Assembly: GCA_964291295.2 (NCBI GenBank)
Contig: OZ219754.1
Coordinates: forward strand, 416,001-480,000
Direction of reading: 5' to 3'
Origin: an uncultured Candidatus Binatia bacterium
GTDB taxonomy: Bacteria; Desulfobacterota; Binatia; UBA9968; JAJDTQ01
DNA: 64,000 nt
The notes under the pieces are model-generated. The model was not told where the DNA came from and searched no databases. It saw only the letters and a list, made by a program, of their open reading frames with translations. Of the stretch, positions 32,726-43,091 are shown piece after piece (the stretch's first letter is position 1; the number at the start of each line of letters is the position of its first letter). Both the position numbers and the translations under genes were made by a program.

Positions 32726-32815
32726 AGGCCCGCGCCGGAACGCGGGCCTCGGAAAGAGGGCAAGACGAGCTGGCGCCTCACTGAGAGTGATATGTCCACG
32801 GATCATCAAAGTCAA
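32726..32815 (-). promoter_or_regulatory. Promoter-short leader RNA-terminator upstream of the DUF3800 gene
   Basis: TTGACT-N17-TATCAC (32815-32787); 9-bp stem aggcccgcg/cgcgggcct (32726-32749) followed by tcgtgtttc. Confidence 0.5.
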
Positions 32816-32910
32816 GCCGCCATCTTCAGTGGCAGGTATTCTGCGAGCAGGGCGGCAGCGTGGGCTGGCTCGGAGACCAGCGCCCGGAACAACGCGTCGT
32901 GCGGTGGCGG
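32812..32910 (-). pseudogene. Rpn/YhgA-like (Transposase_31) N-terminal fragment
   Basis: PHDALFRALVSEPAHAAALLAEYLP, then stop. Confidence 0.65.
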
Positions 32911-33029
32911 CGGAAGGCTCACAGGAGAAAACCCCGGCGTCTCCAGAAGGCTCCCGACGGACATCCGCCCACGGGCCGGAAGAGGGGCAGCGTTCGACAT
33001 GGCGTCACCTTGCTACGGGCAAAATCGGG

Positions 33030-33226
33030 TCCGCATTCAGGTGGTCGCCACGCTTCTGGCCCGAAACCATCCACTGGTTGCCCTTGATGCGCAGGATGCC
33101 CGCGCGTACATGCTCCACCGCAGGCGTCAACGGCATACTGCGTCATCCCGTCTTGCCGTCTGCAAGCCGAAGCTCGCCCGCCGTACGGTCTGCATCGTCC
33201 CACTTCAGTGTCACGATCTCGCTTTC
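33030..33226 (-). pseudogene. Tyrosine recombinase (phage integrase) fragment
   Basis: Manual translation SEIVTLKWDDADRTAGELRLADGKTG*RSMPLTPAV...GNQW; truncated at the IS5 end. Confidence 0.7.
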
Positions 33227-33860
33227 GGGATAGTCTGAACAAGTTCTTTATGGTACACGGGGAAGCACAAAGGAAGGGGAGGAAAGGACCAAGCAGGCGA
33301 CGTATGGGGAGTTGGAGCGTGATGCGAAGAAACGAGTGACGCGGCAGGAAGTCTTTTCTGAGAAGATGGAAAAATTGATACCGTGGGAACGTCCGGAGAG
33401 TCGGATCAGGTAGTATTACCCGAAGGTGAGGCGATGACGGCGAGCGTATCCACTGCGGACGATGCTGCGAGTGCATTGCGTGCGGTTGTTTTATAATCTG
33501 AGCGATCCTGGGATGGAGGACATGCTCTACGGGTTGGAGTCGGTGCGGCGGTTTGTGGGATTGCGGTTGAGTGGCGCGTTGCAGACGAGACAAACGATAC
33601 TGAGATCTCAGCATTTGCCGGAAAGCCACGGACTGAGGAAAGAGTTGTTTGAAGAGATCAACGCGCACATGGCGTCGCAGGGCCACCGGCTCAAGCGGGC
33701 AACGATCGTGCATGAGGCCGCAGGCGCCTCCAGTTGTCACCCCAAGCCGACAACACGGCTCGATATCCATGACGACAACGCCCTCTCTCACTCTCCGCAC
33801 TCTCGTAACGTCGTCTTCAAACCAATCGTGCTTATCTTGACCCCTTGTTCAGGCATTCCC
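33227..33860 (+). mobile_element. Internally deleted, degraded IS5-family element
   Basis: Imperfect TIRs gggatagtctgaacaag / cttgttcaggcattccc (14/17); transposase remnant KKRVTRQEVF..IPW..*YYPK..*..YPLRTMLRVHC..YNLSDPGMEDMLY with internal stops and no C-terminal half. Confidence 0.82.
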
Positions 33861-33887
33861 TGGAACTTCCGTTCAAATGGATAAGCT

Positions 33888-36593
33888 TTGACGGACGGCC
33901 CAAGCGTGGAGTTTCTCTCGTTTTGGGGCAAGGCGCGCTCCACCGATGCAGACGGCGGTCCCGCTTGGCATCCCTTGGCATTTCATAGCCTTGATGCTGC
34001 GGCAGTCGGGGAAGCCTTACTCAGCGAGCATCGTGGTCTGACAAACCGCCTCTGCGGATTGTGGGGATTGACCGAACCCAAGACGGTCGCGCTTCTTCGT
34101 TTTCTGATCTGCCTGCACGATATCGGGAAGTTCGCCGGAAAATTCCAGGCCAAGGTGCCGGAGAGATTCCCGGCCTGCTTCGGCATCGAAGCGAGCAAGA
34201 TTTCGAACCGCTTCGATCACGGCTTGGGCGGTCTGCGTCTCCTTAAGAAACATCCGGATATATTCGGAGTACCTGATCGACGGCAGGCCGGGTTCTGGCT
34301 GCCTATCGTCTCCGCGGTTGCCGGACATCACGGTTCGCCGCCGGACCTGACCGCTGGTGGTGGGGAGATCAGGACCGACTTCAGGCACGCCGGGCTCGAG
34401 GCGGCGCGCGCATTCGCAGAGCGGGCGCGTGTCCTTCTCGGTCCGCCGGACCCGATGCCGCAAATGGACGACGACCGGGCGTCCCGCATCTCCTGGCTAC
34501 TGGCCGGACTGGCCGTGCTGTCCGACTGGATCGGGTCCAACGAGGACTGGTTTCCGTTCAGAAGCCCGAACGACTTCCCGAGCCTCGATTCCTATTGGGC
34601 CTGTGCCCGCAGGCAGGCGAAGGGCGCAATCCAGAAAGCCGGGATCGTTCCGGCGGCCGCGACCGGACGTGTGAGCTACGATGCGCTGGTCGGTTCTCCC
34701 GTTGCGCCCAGCCCGATGCAGGAATGGGCGCACAACGTTTCCTTGCCGGACGGCCCGGCCCTGTTCATCGTCGAGGACGAGACCGGCAGCGGCAAGACCG
34801 AGGCGGCGCTGATGCTTGCGCACCGGTTGATGGCGCTGAAACGGGCCGACGGCCTGTATATGGCGCTGCCGACCATGGCCACAGCCAACGCCATGTTCGA
34901 CCGGCTGGGCAGGGCGGTTCGCCACCTGTTCGCGCCGGATACCAAACCTTCGCTTGCGCTGGCCCATGGCGCGCGCAGCCTGCACCACGGATTCCGGGCG
35001 GCGCGCGACAATTGGGGACGAATCAAGGCGTCGTATGGGGATGGCGGCGAGGCGGATATCGCCGCATCGACCGCCTGTGCAGAATGGATCGCCGACGACC
35101 GGCGGCGCACATTCCTGGCCGACGCCGGCGCCGGCACGGTGGACCAGGCGCTACTGGCCGTGTTGCCGGCCCGTCACCAGTCGCTGCGGCTTCTGGGCTT
35201 GGCTCTTCGTGTGCTGATCATTGATGAGGTGCATGCCTACGACGCCTATATGCTCCGCGAGATCGAGACGCTGCTGACGTTCCAAGCGGCGCTCGGCGGT
35301 TCCGCGATCCTGCTGTCGGCGACACTGCCCGCCGGTCATCGGCAAAGCTTGGTGAACGCCTTCGCGAAGGGCATCGGAGAAGAACCGGTCCATATTGCGG
35401 AACATGTCTATCCGCTGGCTACGGTCTGCGGCCGCGGCCCACTGACGGAGACGCCGGTTCCGGCGCGTGCCGGACACAGCCGCAAGCTGCCGGTGCGTTT
35501 CTTGCGCAGTCCCGACGAGGCGTTGGGTGAAGTAGAATGCGCCATTCACTCAGGCCGGACGGCGCTTTACATTCGCAACACGGTCGATGACGCGCGCGAA
35601 GCCCATGCCGCCTTGACCGCACGCGGGATTCCAGCAGAGATATTCCATGCCCGGTTCGCGCTGACGGATCGCCTTTCAATCGAACACAGAACGGTCGAGA
35701 CCTTCGGCAAGAAAAGCATGGCAGACCAACGAGCCGGAAAGGTCCTGATAGCGACGCAGGTGGTAGAGCAATCGCTGGACCTGGATTTCGACATACTTGC
35801 GAGCGACTTGGCGCCGATCGACCTGCTGATCCAACGGGCCGGGCGGCTATGGCGACACGGATGGCGAAGGCGGGTAGGCGAACCGGAACTGCTCGTCGTC
35901 GCGCCGCCGGCCGCAGACGATCCGCCCGAAGACTGGTTCGAAAGGTTCCTGCCTCGCGCGGCGTACATCTATGGGGACCATGCCCGCCTGTGGCTGACCG
36001 TCCGGACGCTCGAACAGGCGGAAGCCATAGAAAGCCCGGGCAAGTTGCGGGCACTTATTGAGGCGGTTTACGGCCCCGAAGCGAAGGATAGGGTGCCGCC
36101 CAAGCTCTGCGACAAGTTGCTGGCGTTCGAGGGGAGGGAAGCTGCCGCCCGGAGTATGGGCCACATCAACACTTTGCGCGTGTCGTCGAGTTATATGCGC
36201 GATGCCGGCGTCTGGGACAGCGACATACGAACTCCGACCCGGCTGGTCGAGGACCCACGCGCCACGCTTCGGCTTGCGCTGATGAAAGATGGCCGACTCG
36301 AACCCTACGCGCTGGCGTACGCGCCGAAGGAGCCTTGGCGAGCTTGGCGGCTCAGCGAGGTGGAAGTTTCTCGACGGCATGTGGCGAGGGAGACTGTTCC
36401 ATCACGTCTTGCGGACGCGGCACGCAAAACCATGGCGAATTGGGGTCGATATGACGCAGGCAAGATACTCGTTGTGCTGGAGGAAGCGGGTGACGGTCGG
36501 CTGGTCGGCGCGGTTATGGGGCCAGATAGAGAGCGCAGGGTCTTATACAGCGTCAGCGATGGTCTCTCTTTCGCAGATGGCATCGAGACTTGA
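33888..36593 (+). CDS. cas3: CRISPR-associated HD nuclease/helicase Cas3
   Basis: HSLD, LHDIGK, GHHG, SDWIGS; ETGSGKTE, DEVH, SAT, HARF, QRAGRLWRH. Confidence 0.97.
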   Translation: MTDGPSVEFLSFWGKARSTDADGGPAWHPLAFHSLDAAAVGEALLSEHRGLTNRLCGLWGLTEPKTVALLRFLICLHDIGKFAGKFQAKVPERFPACFGIEASKISNRFDHGLGGLRLLKKHPDIFGVPDRRQAGFWLPIVSAVAGHHGSPPDLTAGGGEIRTDFRHAGLEAARAFAERARVLLGPPDPMPQMDDDRASRISWLLAGLAVLSDWIGSNEDWFPFRSPNDFPSLDSYWACARRQAKGAIQKAGIVPAAATGRVSYDALVGSPVAPSPMQEWAHNVSLPDGPALFIVEDETGSGKTEAALMLAHRLMALKRADGLYMALPTMATANAMFDRLGRAVRHLFAPDTKPSLALAHGARSLHHGFRAARDNWGRIKASYGDGGEADIAASTACAEWIADDRRRTFLADAGAGTVDQALLAVLPARHQSLRLLGLALRVLIIDEVHAYDAYMLREIETLLTFQAALGGSAILLSATLPAGHRQSLVNAFAKGIGEEPVHIAEHVYPLATVCGRGPLTETPVPARAGHSRKLPVRFLRSPDEALGEVECAIHSGRTALYIRNTVDDAREAHAALTARGIPAEIFHARFALTDRLSIEHRTVETFGKKSMADQRAGKVLIATQVVEQSLDLDFDILASDLAPIDLLIQRAGRLWRHGWRRRVGEPELLVVAPPAADDPPEDWFERFLPRAAYIYGDHARLWLTVRTLEQAEAIESPGKLRALIEAVYGPEAKDRVPPKLCDKLLAFEGREAAARSMGHINTLRVSSSYMRDAGVWDSDIRTPTRLVEDPRATLRLALMKDGRLEPYALAYAPKEPWRAWRLSEVEVSRRHVARETVPSRLADAARKTMANWGRYDAGKILVVLEEAGDGRLVGAVMGPDRERRVLYSVSDGLSFADGIET

Positions 36594-36617
36594 TCCCGGT
36601 CGATGCATCCCCATAAT
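36590..36617 (+). promoter_or_regulatory. Putative sigma70 promoter
   Basis: TTGATC-N16-CATAAT; predicted +1 near 36624. Confidence 0.5.
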
Positions 36618-36623
36618 TTTGAT

Positions 36624-36706
36624 ATGTTCCGCTATCGGACGGAGGATGATCCGGGTGCATGGCAGCCGCCGGACATCAAGGACTTGACGTTCTCCACGAG
36701 ATGGAA
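36624..36706 (+). ncRNA. Candidate crRNA-like mini-array (degenerate repeat-33 nt spacer-degenerate repeat)
   Basis: atgttccgctatcggacggaggatgatccg vs repeat gtgttccccgctcgcgcggggatgaaccg; 33 nt later acgttctccacgagatggaa (tcca/tgga stem). Confidence 0.4.
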
Positions 36707-36720
36707 CAAATAAAAGGATG

Positions 36721-36895
36721 CTAGGAGTCTGTGCCGCAGGACGCTTCGGGATGTGACCGGTGGGAGAGCATGACCAGTTTTTCCAAAATGCCAGAAAAGT
36801 TTAGCCTTGTTCCATTATTGGACATGAATTGGGCGACAAGTGGAACCTTGGTGGATTTCTGACCCATGAAAACTTTCTGCGGCGCAGGCTCCTAG
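36721..36895. mobile_element. 167-bp MITE-like element (36725-36891) with CTAG direct repeats
   Basis: ctag|gagtctgtgccgcag ... ctgcggcgcaggctc|ctag; 13/15 TIR; AT-rich non-coding interior. Confidence 0.7.
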
Positions 36896-37032
36896 GCATC
36901 CGCTAACGCACATGCGAATGGCATGGAAAGAGTTTGAAAAATGCTACCGAACATCCGAGAGACCTATCGCCGCGTTCACCACTTGCTATCGACGTTGCGA
37001 GTCCGAGTCGTGACGGGCATCGAGGTTCAGGT

Positions 37033-38712
37033 ATGCCACCGCCCGTGACGGCATCCTGCGACACACTGAACTTGATTCGTGCTCCCTGGCTACCGCTTCG
37101 GCGACGGAGTGGGCGGGTGGAACAATCTGCACCGTTTCGAATTGTCGAAGGGATCGGTGACGATCCGTTCGTCGCGTTCGCTTGGCCCCGGCCCGATTTC
37201 AACGGGGCCGCTCACGAGTTTCTAATCGGGCTGCTGGCCACAGCTGCCGCGCCGGAAAACGAGGACGAATGGGAGGACTGGTGGGTGGACCCACCCGCCC
37301 CCGAGGTTTTGCAGGCCAGGCTGGAATCCGTTGCGGACGCCTTCGATCTCGACGGTCCCGGTCCTCGCTTTCTTCAGGATCGCGACCCGCTCGACGGCAC
37401 AGAGCCATTGGAGGTCGCCGGGCTCCTGATCGACGCACCGGGGAAGCAGACCCTGAGCAAAAACGCGGACCTCTTCGTGAAGCGCGGCGGCGCACCGGTT
37501 TTAGGGCGAGCCGCAGCGGCGATGGCGTTGTTTACGCTCAACGCCTATGCGCCATCGGGCGGTGCCGGGCACCGCACCTCTCTTCGCGGCGGCGGGCCCC
37601 TGACGACGCTCGTAATTGCAGGCGACCATTTGTGGGGCCGGCTCTGGCCCAATGTCGAGACGGTCGGGTTGATCAAGGACCGATGGCCCCTTTCCTCGCC
37701 GCCGCCTGACGATCCTGCTGCGATGTTCCCTTGGCTCGCCCCGACTCGCACATCGAACCGGAAGGCCGGCGGACAGGCGACCACGCCTGCCGATACACAC
37801 CCGTTGCAAGTATATTGGGGCATGCCCCGGCGCATCCGTCTAGCGTTTGAGGAGTCGCAAGGTCGCCATTGTGCGCTTATGGGCGTCGAGGACGAGAGGG
37901 TCGTCGCTGCGTACCGGACCCGCAATTATGGCGTCGATTACTCCGAAGGCTTCGAGCATCCGCTGACGCCCTACTACACCAGGAAGGTCGGTGGCGCACG
38001 GCTCCCCGTGCATCCGCGGCCGGGTGGGCTCAGCTACCGGCGCTGGCCCGGTCTGGTGACACCAAGCGCCGATGGCTTGCGCCAACCGTCGCGCATCATC
38101 CGCCATGCAGAAAACGTGCGGTTCGCTATGGGTGGGGAACCCCGGTTCGCCGCCTTCGGTTACGACATGGACAACATGAAGGCGTGTGCGTGGATTGAAG
38201 GGGAATGGCCGCTGCACCTAGTTGCAAGCGATGAAGCGCGAAATGACTTGGAGGCCTTTATTCGACATGCGGTCAAGGGCGCTGAAACGATTTCGTGGTT
38301 GCTCGTCAGCGCGGTGAAATCGGCTCTCTACGACCGGCCGGCCGATGCAGCCGGCGATTACGGTTTCGTAGCGGAACGCTTCTTCAGAGAGACCGAGGCG
38401 ACGTTCTACAAAGCGTTCGCTGCCGCGAAAGAAGTGGTTCACAAGTGTATCGGATCGGACCCCGAGGACCCGACCCTAGGGGCGCGCCTTTCGTGGGCGA
38501 AGCACATGGAAGCGCCGACGCTCCGCCTGTTCGACGAATTCGCGCCCGGCGAGGCGCTAGAGAACCGGAGCATGGAACGCCATGTCCGGGCGCGCTTCTA
38601 TCTGAACCTTGCACTCGGCGGGCAGGGCAAGGACGGCAGGGCACTGTTCGGCCAACTCGGCATTCCGGCACCCGAACCCGCTGCCGCCGTCAACAGGCAG
38701 GAGGGCGCATGA
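37033..38712 (+). CDS. casA: Type I-E Cascade large subunit Cas8e/Cse1 (start 37033 or 36934)
   Basis: NLIRAPWLP, WPRPDFNGA, YAPSGGAGHRTSLRGGGP, YWGMPRRIRL, HPLTPYY. Confidence 0.94.
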   Translation: MPPPVTASCDTLNLIRAPWLPLRRRSGRVEQSAPFRIVEGIGDDPFVAFAWPRPDFNGAAHEFLIGLLATAAAPENEDEWEDWWVDPPAPEVLQARLESVADAFDLDGPGPRFLQDRDPLDGTEPLEVAGLLIDAPGKQTLSKNADLFVKRGGAPVLGRAAAAMALFTLNAYAPSGGAGHRTSLRGGGPLTTLVIAGDHLWGRLWPNVETVGLIKDRWPLSSPPPDDPAAMFPWLAPTRTSNRKAGGQATTPADTHPLQVYWGMPRRIRLAFEESQGRHCALMGVEDERVVAAYRTRNYGVDYSEGFEHPLTPYYTRKVGGARLPVHPRPGGLSYRRWPGLVTPSADGLRQPSRIIRHAENVRFAMGGEPRFAAFGYDMDNMKACAWIEGEWPLHLVASDEARNDLEAFIRHAVKGAETISWLLVSAVKSALYDRPADAAGDYGFVAERFFRETEATFYKAFAAAKEVVHKCIGSDPEDPTLGARLSWAKHMEAPTLRLFDEFAPGEALENRSMERHVRARFYLNLALGGQGKDGRALFGQLGIPAPEPAAAVNRQEGA

Positions 38713-39221
38713 TCGATTCGATCACAAAAGGGGCCGGATCCATCGCTGCCGCTTGGTGGCGGGAGTTGAACCCGGAGAACGGCGCGCAAACCGGTCCGCA
38801 GAAGGCGGCGCTCGCACATCTGCGCCGGGCGGGAACGCCACTCGAAGCCATAAGAGAAACAGCCACTTTGCGCCTGATACAGCGCTTGCCCAATTATGAC
38901 AACAAGGATCGTGTGGCGGCACTCGCGGGTATTCTCGCTTGGGTCGGGGAGAACAGCCCTCAGCCGGTGGCCCGGGCCGTTGGGCGCAGCACTCTTGACG
39001 ATGCAACAGCCGTCATGTCAGAAGGCCGCTTTCGCCGCCTTCTGCAAGTCGTTGAAGACGGAGAGCTCATGGACGCAATGCGCCGCCTCGTGCGCCAAGC
39101 CGGCCGGACAGTCAACGTGCGGGACCTGTCCGATTCCATTCTCTACTGGGGAGACAGGGTCAGGAAACGCTGGATCTTCGACTATTACGGCGTGGGCCGC
39201 GCCGCACCGTCCGACTCTTAA
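38709..39221 (+). CDS. casB: Type I-E small subunit Cse2/Cas11
   Basis: WWREL..LAHLRRA, MSEGRFRRLL, RKRWIFDYY; ATGA overlap. Confidence 0.93.
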   Translation: MIDSITKGAGSIAAAWWRELNPENGAQTGPQKAALAHLRRAGTPLEAIRETATLRLIQRLPNYDNKDRVAALAGILAWVGENSPQPVARAVGRSTLDDATAVMSEGRFRRLLQVVEDGELMDAMRRLVRQAGRTVNVRDLSDSILYWGDRVRKRWIFDYYGVGRAAPSDS

Positions 39222-39247
39222 ACCGCTGTACAGGGGGACTCCGCCGC

Positions 39248-40300
39248 ATGAGCGATTTTCTCCAGTTACACCTGCTGACGGCCTACGGTCCGTCCAATCT
39301 GAACCGCGACGATACCGGCCGACCCAAGAGCGTCGTGTTCGGCGGGGCCCCGCGCCTGCGCATCTCGTCGCAAAGCCTGAAACGCGCTTGGCGAACCTCC
39401 GATGTGTTTCGGGGCAGCCTAGACGGCCACCTCGCCAGACGTACGCAGCGGCTCGGCGAGGATCTGCGCCGGCATCTGATAGAGGGCGGCATGGATGAAC
39501 AGAACGCCTTGGCGGCCGCGCGGAAAATTGCCGATGTCTTCGGTAAGCTGCGGTCGGAGACGGGACCGAGCCCGGCCTTCATCGAACAACTGGCTTTCGT
39601 TTCTCCGGAAGAGCGCGCGGAGGCGTTCGCGCTGGCGGACCGCGCACTTGCAGGTGAAGAACTGGCAGAGCCGAAGCCCGAGGACATTCTGCGCCGGACG
39701 GATGCGGCTGCAGATATTGCCATGTTCGGCCGGATGCTGGCGGGCGACCCCAAATTCAATCGAGAGGCCGCGGTGCAAGTGGCGCACGCCATCACCACCC
39801 ACCGCGCGATCGCGGAAGACGACTACTATACCGCCGTGGACGACCTCAAGTCGCGCGACGAGCCGGAAGACGCCGGAGCGGGATTCGTCGGCGTCCAGGA
39901 GTTCGGCGCGGGCGTATTCTACCTCTATCTCTGCGTGGACCGGGGACTGCTGCTGGAAAACCTCGGCGGGGACTGCGCCGTGGGCAACGCAAGCGTCGCC
40001 GCGCTGGCCGAAGCCGCCGCGACCGTGGCGCCGCGCGGCAAGCAGGCAAGCTTCGCCAGCCACGCGCGCGCCTTCTACGCACTGGCGGAAAAGGGAACGG
40101 CCCAGCCGCGCAGCCTCGCCGCCGCATTCCTGAAACCGGTCTCCGGCGCTGACCACGGCGGGGCTTCGGTGCATGCGCTGGAGGAGTTCAGGGACAGACT
40201 CGACCAAGCCTACGGGCCCTGCGCCGCCGACCGCCTGACTATGGACGTAGCGAAGGGCGAAGGGACACTCGTGGAACTCATCGATTTCGCCTTGGCCTGA
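39248..40300 (+). CDS. cas7: Type I-E backbone Cas7e
   Basis: NLNRDDTGRPK, RISSQSLKRAWR, DIAMFGRM, DYYTAVDD. Confidence 0.97.
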   Translation: MSDFLQLHLLTAYGPSNLNRDDTGRPKSVVFGGAPRLRISSQSLKRAWRTSDVFRGSLDGHLARRTQRLGEDLRRHLIEGGMDEQNALAAARKIADVFGKLRSETGPSPAFIEQLAFVSPEERAEAFALADRALAGEELAEPKPEDILRRTDAAADIAMFGRMLAGDPKFNREAAVQVAHAITTHRAIAEDDYYTAVDDLKSRDEPEDAGAGFVGVQEFGAGVFYLYLCVDRGLLLENLGGDCAVGNASVAALAEAAATVAPRGKQASFASHARAFYALAEKGTAQPRSLAAAFLKPVSGADHGGASVHALEEFRDRLDQAYGPCAADRLTMDVAKGEGTLVELIDFALA

Positions 40301-40304
40301 CGCC

Positions 40305-41069
40305 ATGCGGTTCCTGCTCTTCACGCTCTACGCGCCGATGTGTTCCTTGGGCGAGATTGCCGTCGGGGAGCGGCGCATGGGCTGGTCGCGGCCGGGGCGG
40401 TCCGCCGTCCTCGGGCTGGTTGCCGCCGCGCTGGGGATCAGACGGAGCGACGATGATGCCCATCGTGCGCTGGAACAGGAGCTGCACTACGCCGTCAGAA
40501 CGGACGCGGCCGGCCGCCCCTTCATCGACTACCATACAGCACAGACTCCCGCCGCGCGGCGGGGCCGGAGCTTCGAGACGCGTCGTGAGGAACTGGAGGC
40601 CGAGCGGCTCAACACCGTGCTTTCCAGCCGGGAATGGCGTTCGGATGCCTGTTTCACGGCCGCACTCTGGTTGCGCTCCAACGGCGCGGTCGATCTGGAT
40701 GAGATCGCCGCAGCGCTGCGCCAGCCCCGTTTCACACTCTTTCTGGGCCGTAGATCGGCTCCGCTCGGATTGCCCCTCGAACCGGAAATCGTCGAAGCCG
40801 CCAATTTGATGGACGCCCTCACGCTTCGGTGCCCGGCAGCTACCGACGAAGACGACGGCAAAAGCCCCGGCGCGGTGGAAGCATGGGCGTTGGAACGGCT
40901 TCGTCGCGGCTTGCCCGCCGGTCGGGAGATCGCCTTCGATGCCGATGCCCCGGGAGCGCCGGCGGGCGGTTTCCTCGAACGCCGGCGCGACGGCGTCGGG
41001 AGCCGCACGCGATGGCAGTTTCAAGACCGGGAAGAGCGGGTGGTGATCGACCGGGGAGACGGTAAGTGA
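40305..41069 (+). CDS. cas5: Type I-E Cas5e
   Basis: PGRSAVLGLVAAALGIRR, DYHTAQ, LFLGRRS.P. Confidence 0.96.
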   Translation: MRFLLFTLYAPMCSLGEIAVGERRMGWSRPGRSAVLGLVAAALGIRRSDDDAHRALEQELHYAVRTDAAGRPFIDYHTAQTPAARRGRSFETRREELEAERLNTVLSSREWRSDACFTAALWLRSNGAVDLDEIAAALRQPRFTLFLGRRSAPLGLPLEPEIVEAANLMDALTLRCPAATDEDDGKSPGAVEAWALERLRRGLPAGREIAFDADAPGAPAGGFLERRRDGVGSRTRWQFQDREERVVIDRGDGK

Positions 41070-41770
41070 CTGGCTCATACTGGCTGTCTCGTGTCCGGCT
41101 CGGAAGCGCTGCGTCCGTCAAGGCCATCATGCCCCTGCTGCAACAGAACGCCGGTCCCGGCAGCCACGGTTCCGTCGATGTGGACCGGCGCCTAGTCTGG
41201 TCCTTGTTTGCAGACAGGCCGGACCGCCGCCGCGATTTTCTCTGGCGGCGGATGGATGACGGCGCCTTTCTCGTGCTTTCGGCGCGGACTCCTGAAGACC
41301 GTCACGGCTTGTTCGATATCGACGAACCCAAAGCCTTTGTCCCCGTCCTGGTGCCAGGCGACCGGCTGCGTTTCTCGCTGCGGGCCAACCCGACGTTCCG
41401 CAAGGCAAAGAAGCCGGGGCAGCGTCATGCGCCCCGGCACGATGTCGTGATGGGTGCGCTTCACCCACTGCCGGAAGGTTCGCGCACCGAACGCCGCATG
41501 ACCGCCATCCGGGGAAAGGGCTTCGAATGGCTCGCCAGGCAGGGTTGCAAGGCCGGTTTCGAGATACGGGAGGAGGAATTGCTGTGCGAGGGTTATCGCC
41601 AGCACCGCATCGACCGTGGCGACGTCAAAGGCGTCTTGTCGTTCACCTCCCTTGATTTCGAAGGCATTCTGGAGATCCGGAATCCGGACTTGCTGCCGCC
41701 TGCCATCGCGCGCGGATTCGGCCCTGCCAAAGCCTTCGGTTGCGGCCTCATGCTGATCCGGAGGCTCTGA
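41066..41770 (+). CDS. cas6e: Type I-E Cas6e/Cse3 endoribonuclease
   Basis: LRFSLRANPT, C-terminal G-loop GFGPAKAFGCGLMLI. Confidence 0.96.
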   Translation: MTGSYWLSRVRLGSAASVKAIMPLLQQNAGPGSHGSVDVDRRLVWSLFADRPDRRRDFLWRRMDDGAFLVLSARTPEDRHGLFDIDEPKAFVPVLVPGDRLRFSLRANPTFRKAKKPGQRHAPRHDVVMGALHPLPEGSRTERRMTAIRGKGFEWLARQGCKAGFEIREEELLCEGYRQHRIDRGDVKGVLSFTSLDFEGILEIRNPDLLPPAIARGFGPAKAFGCGLMLIRRL

Positions 41771-41774
41771 AGGC

Positions 41775-43091
<1,317 letters not shown>

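Noticed and set aside
36689-36718. LexA-like gttc...gaac-aaataaa-agga
   Set aside because: Does not fit GAAC-N7-GAAC or other LexA consensus spacing
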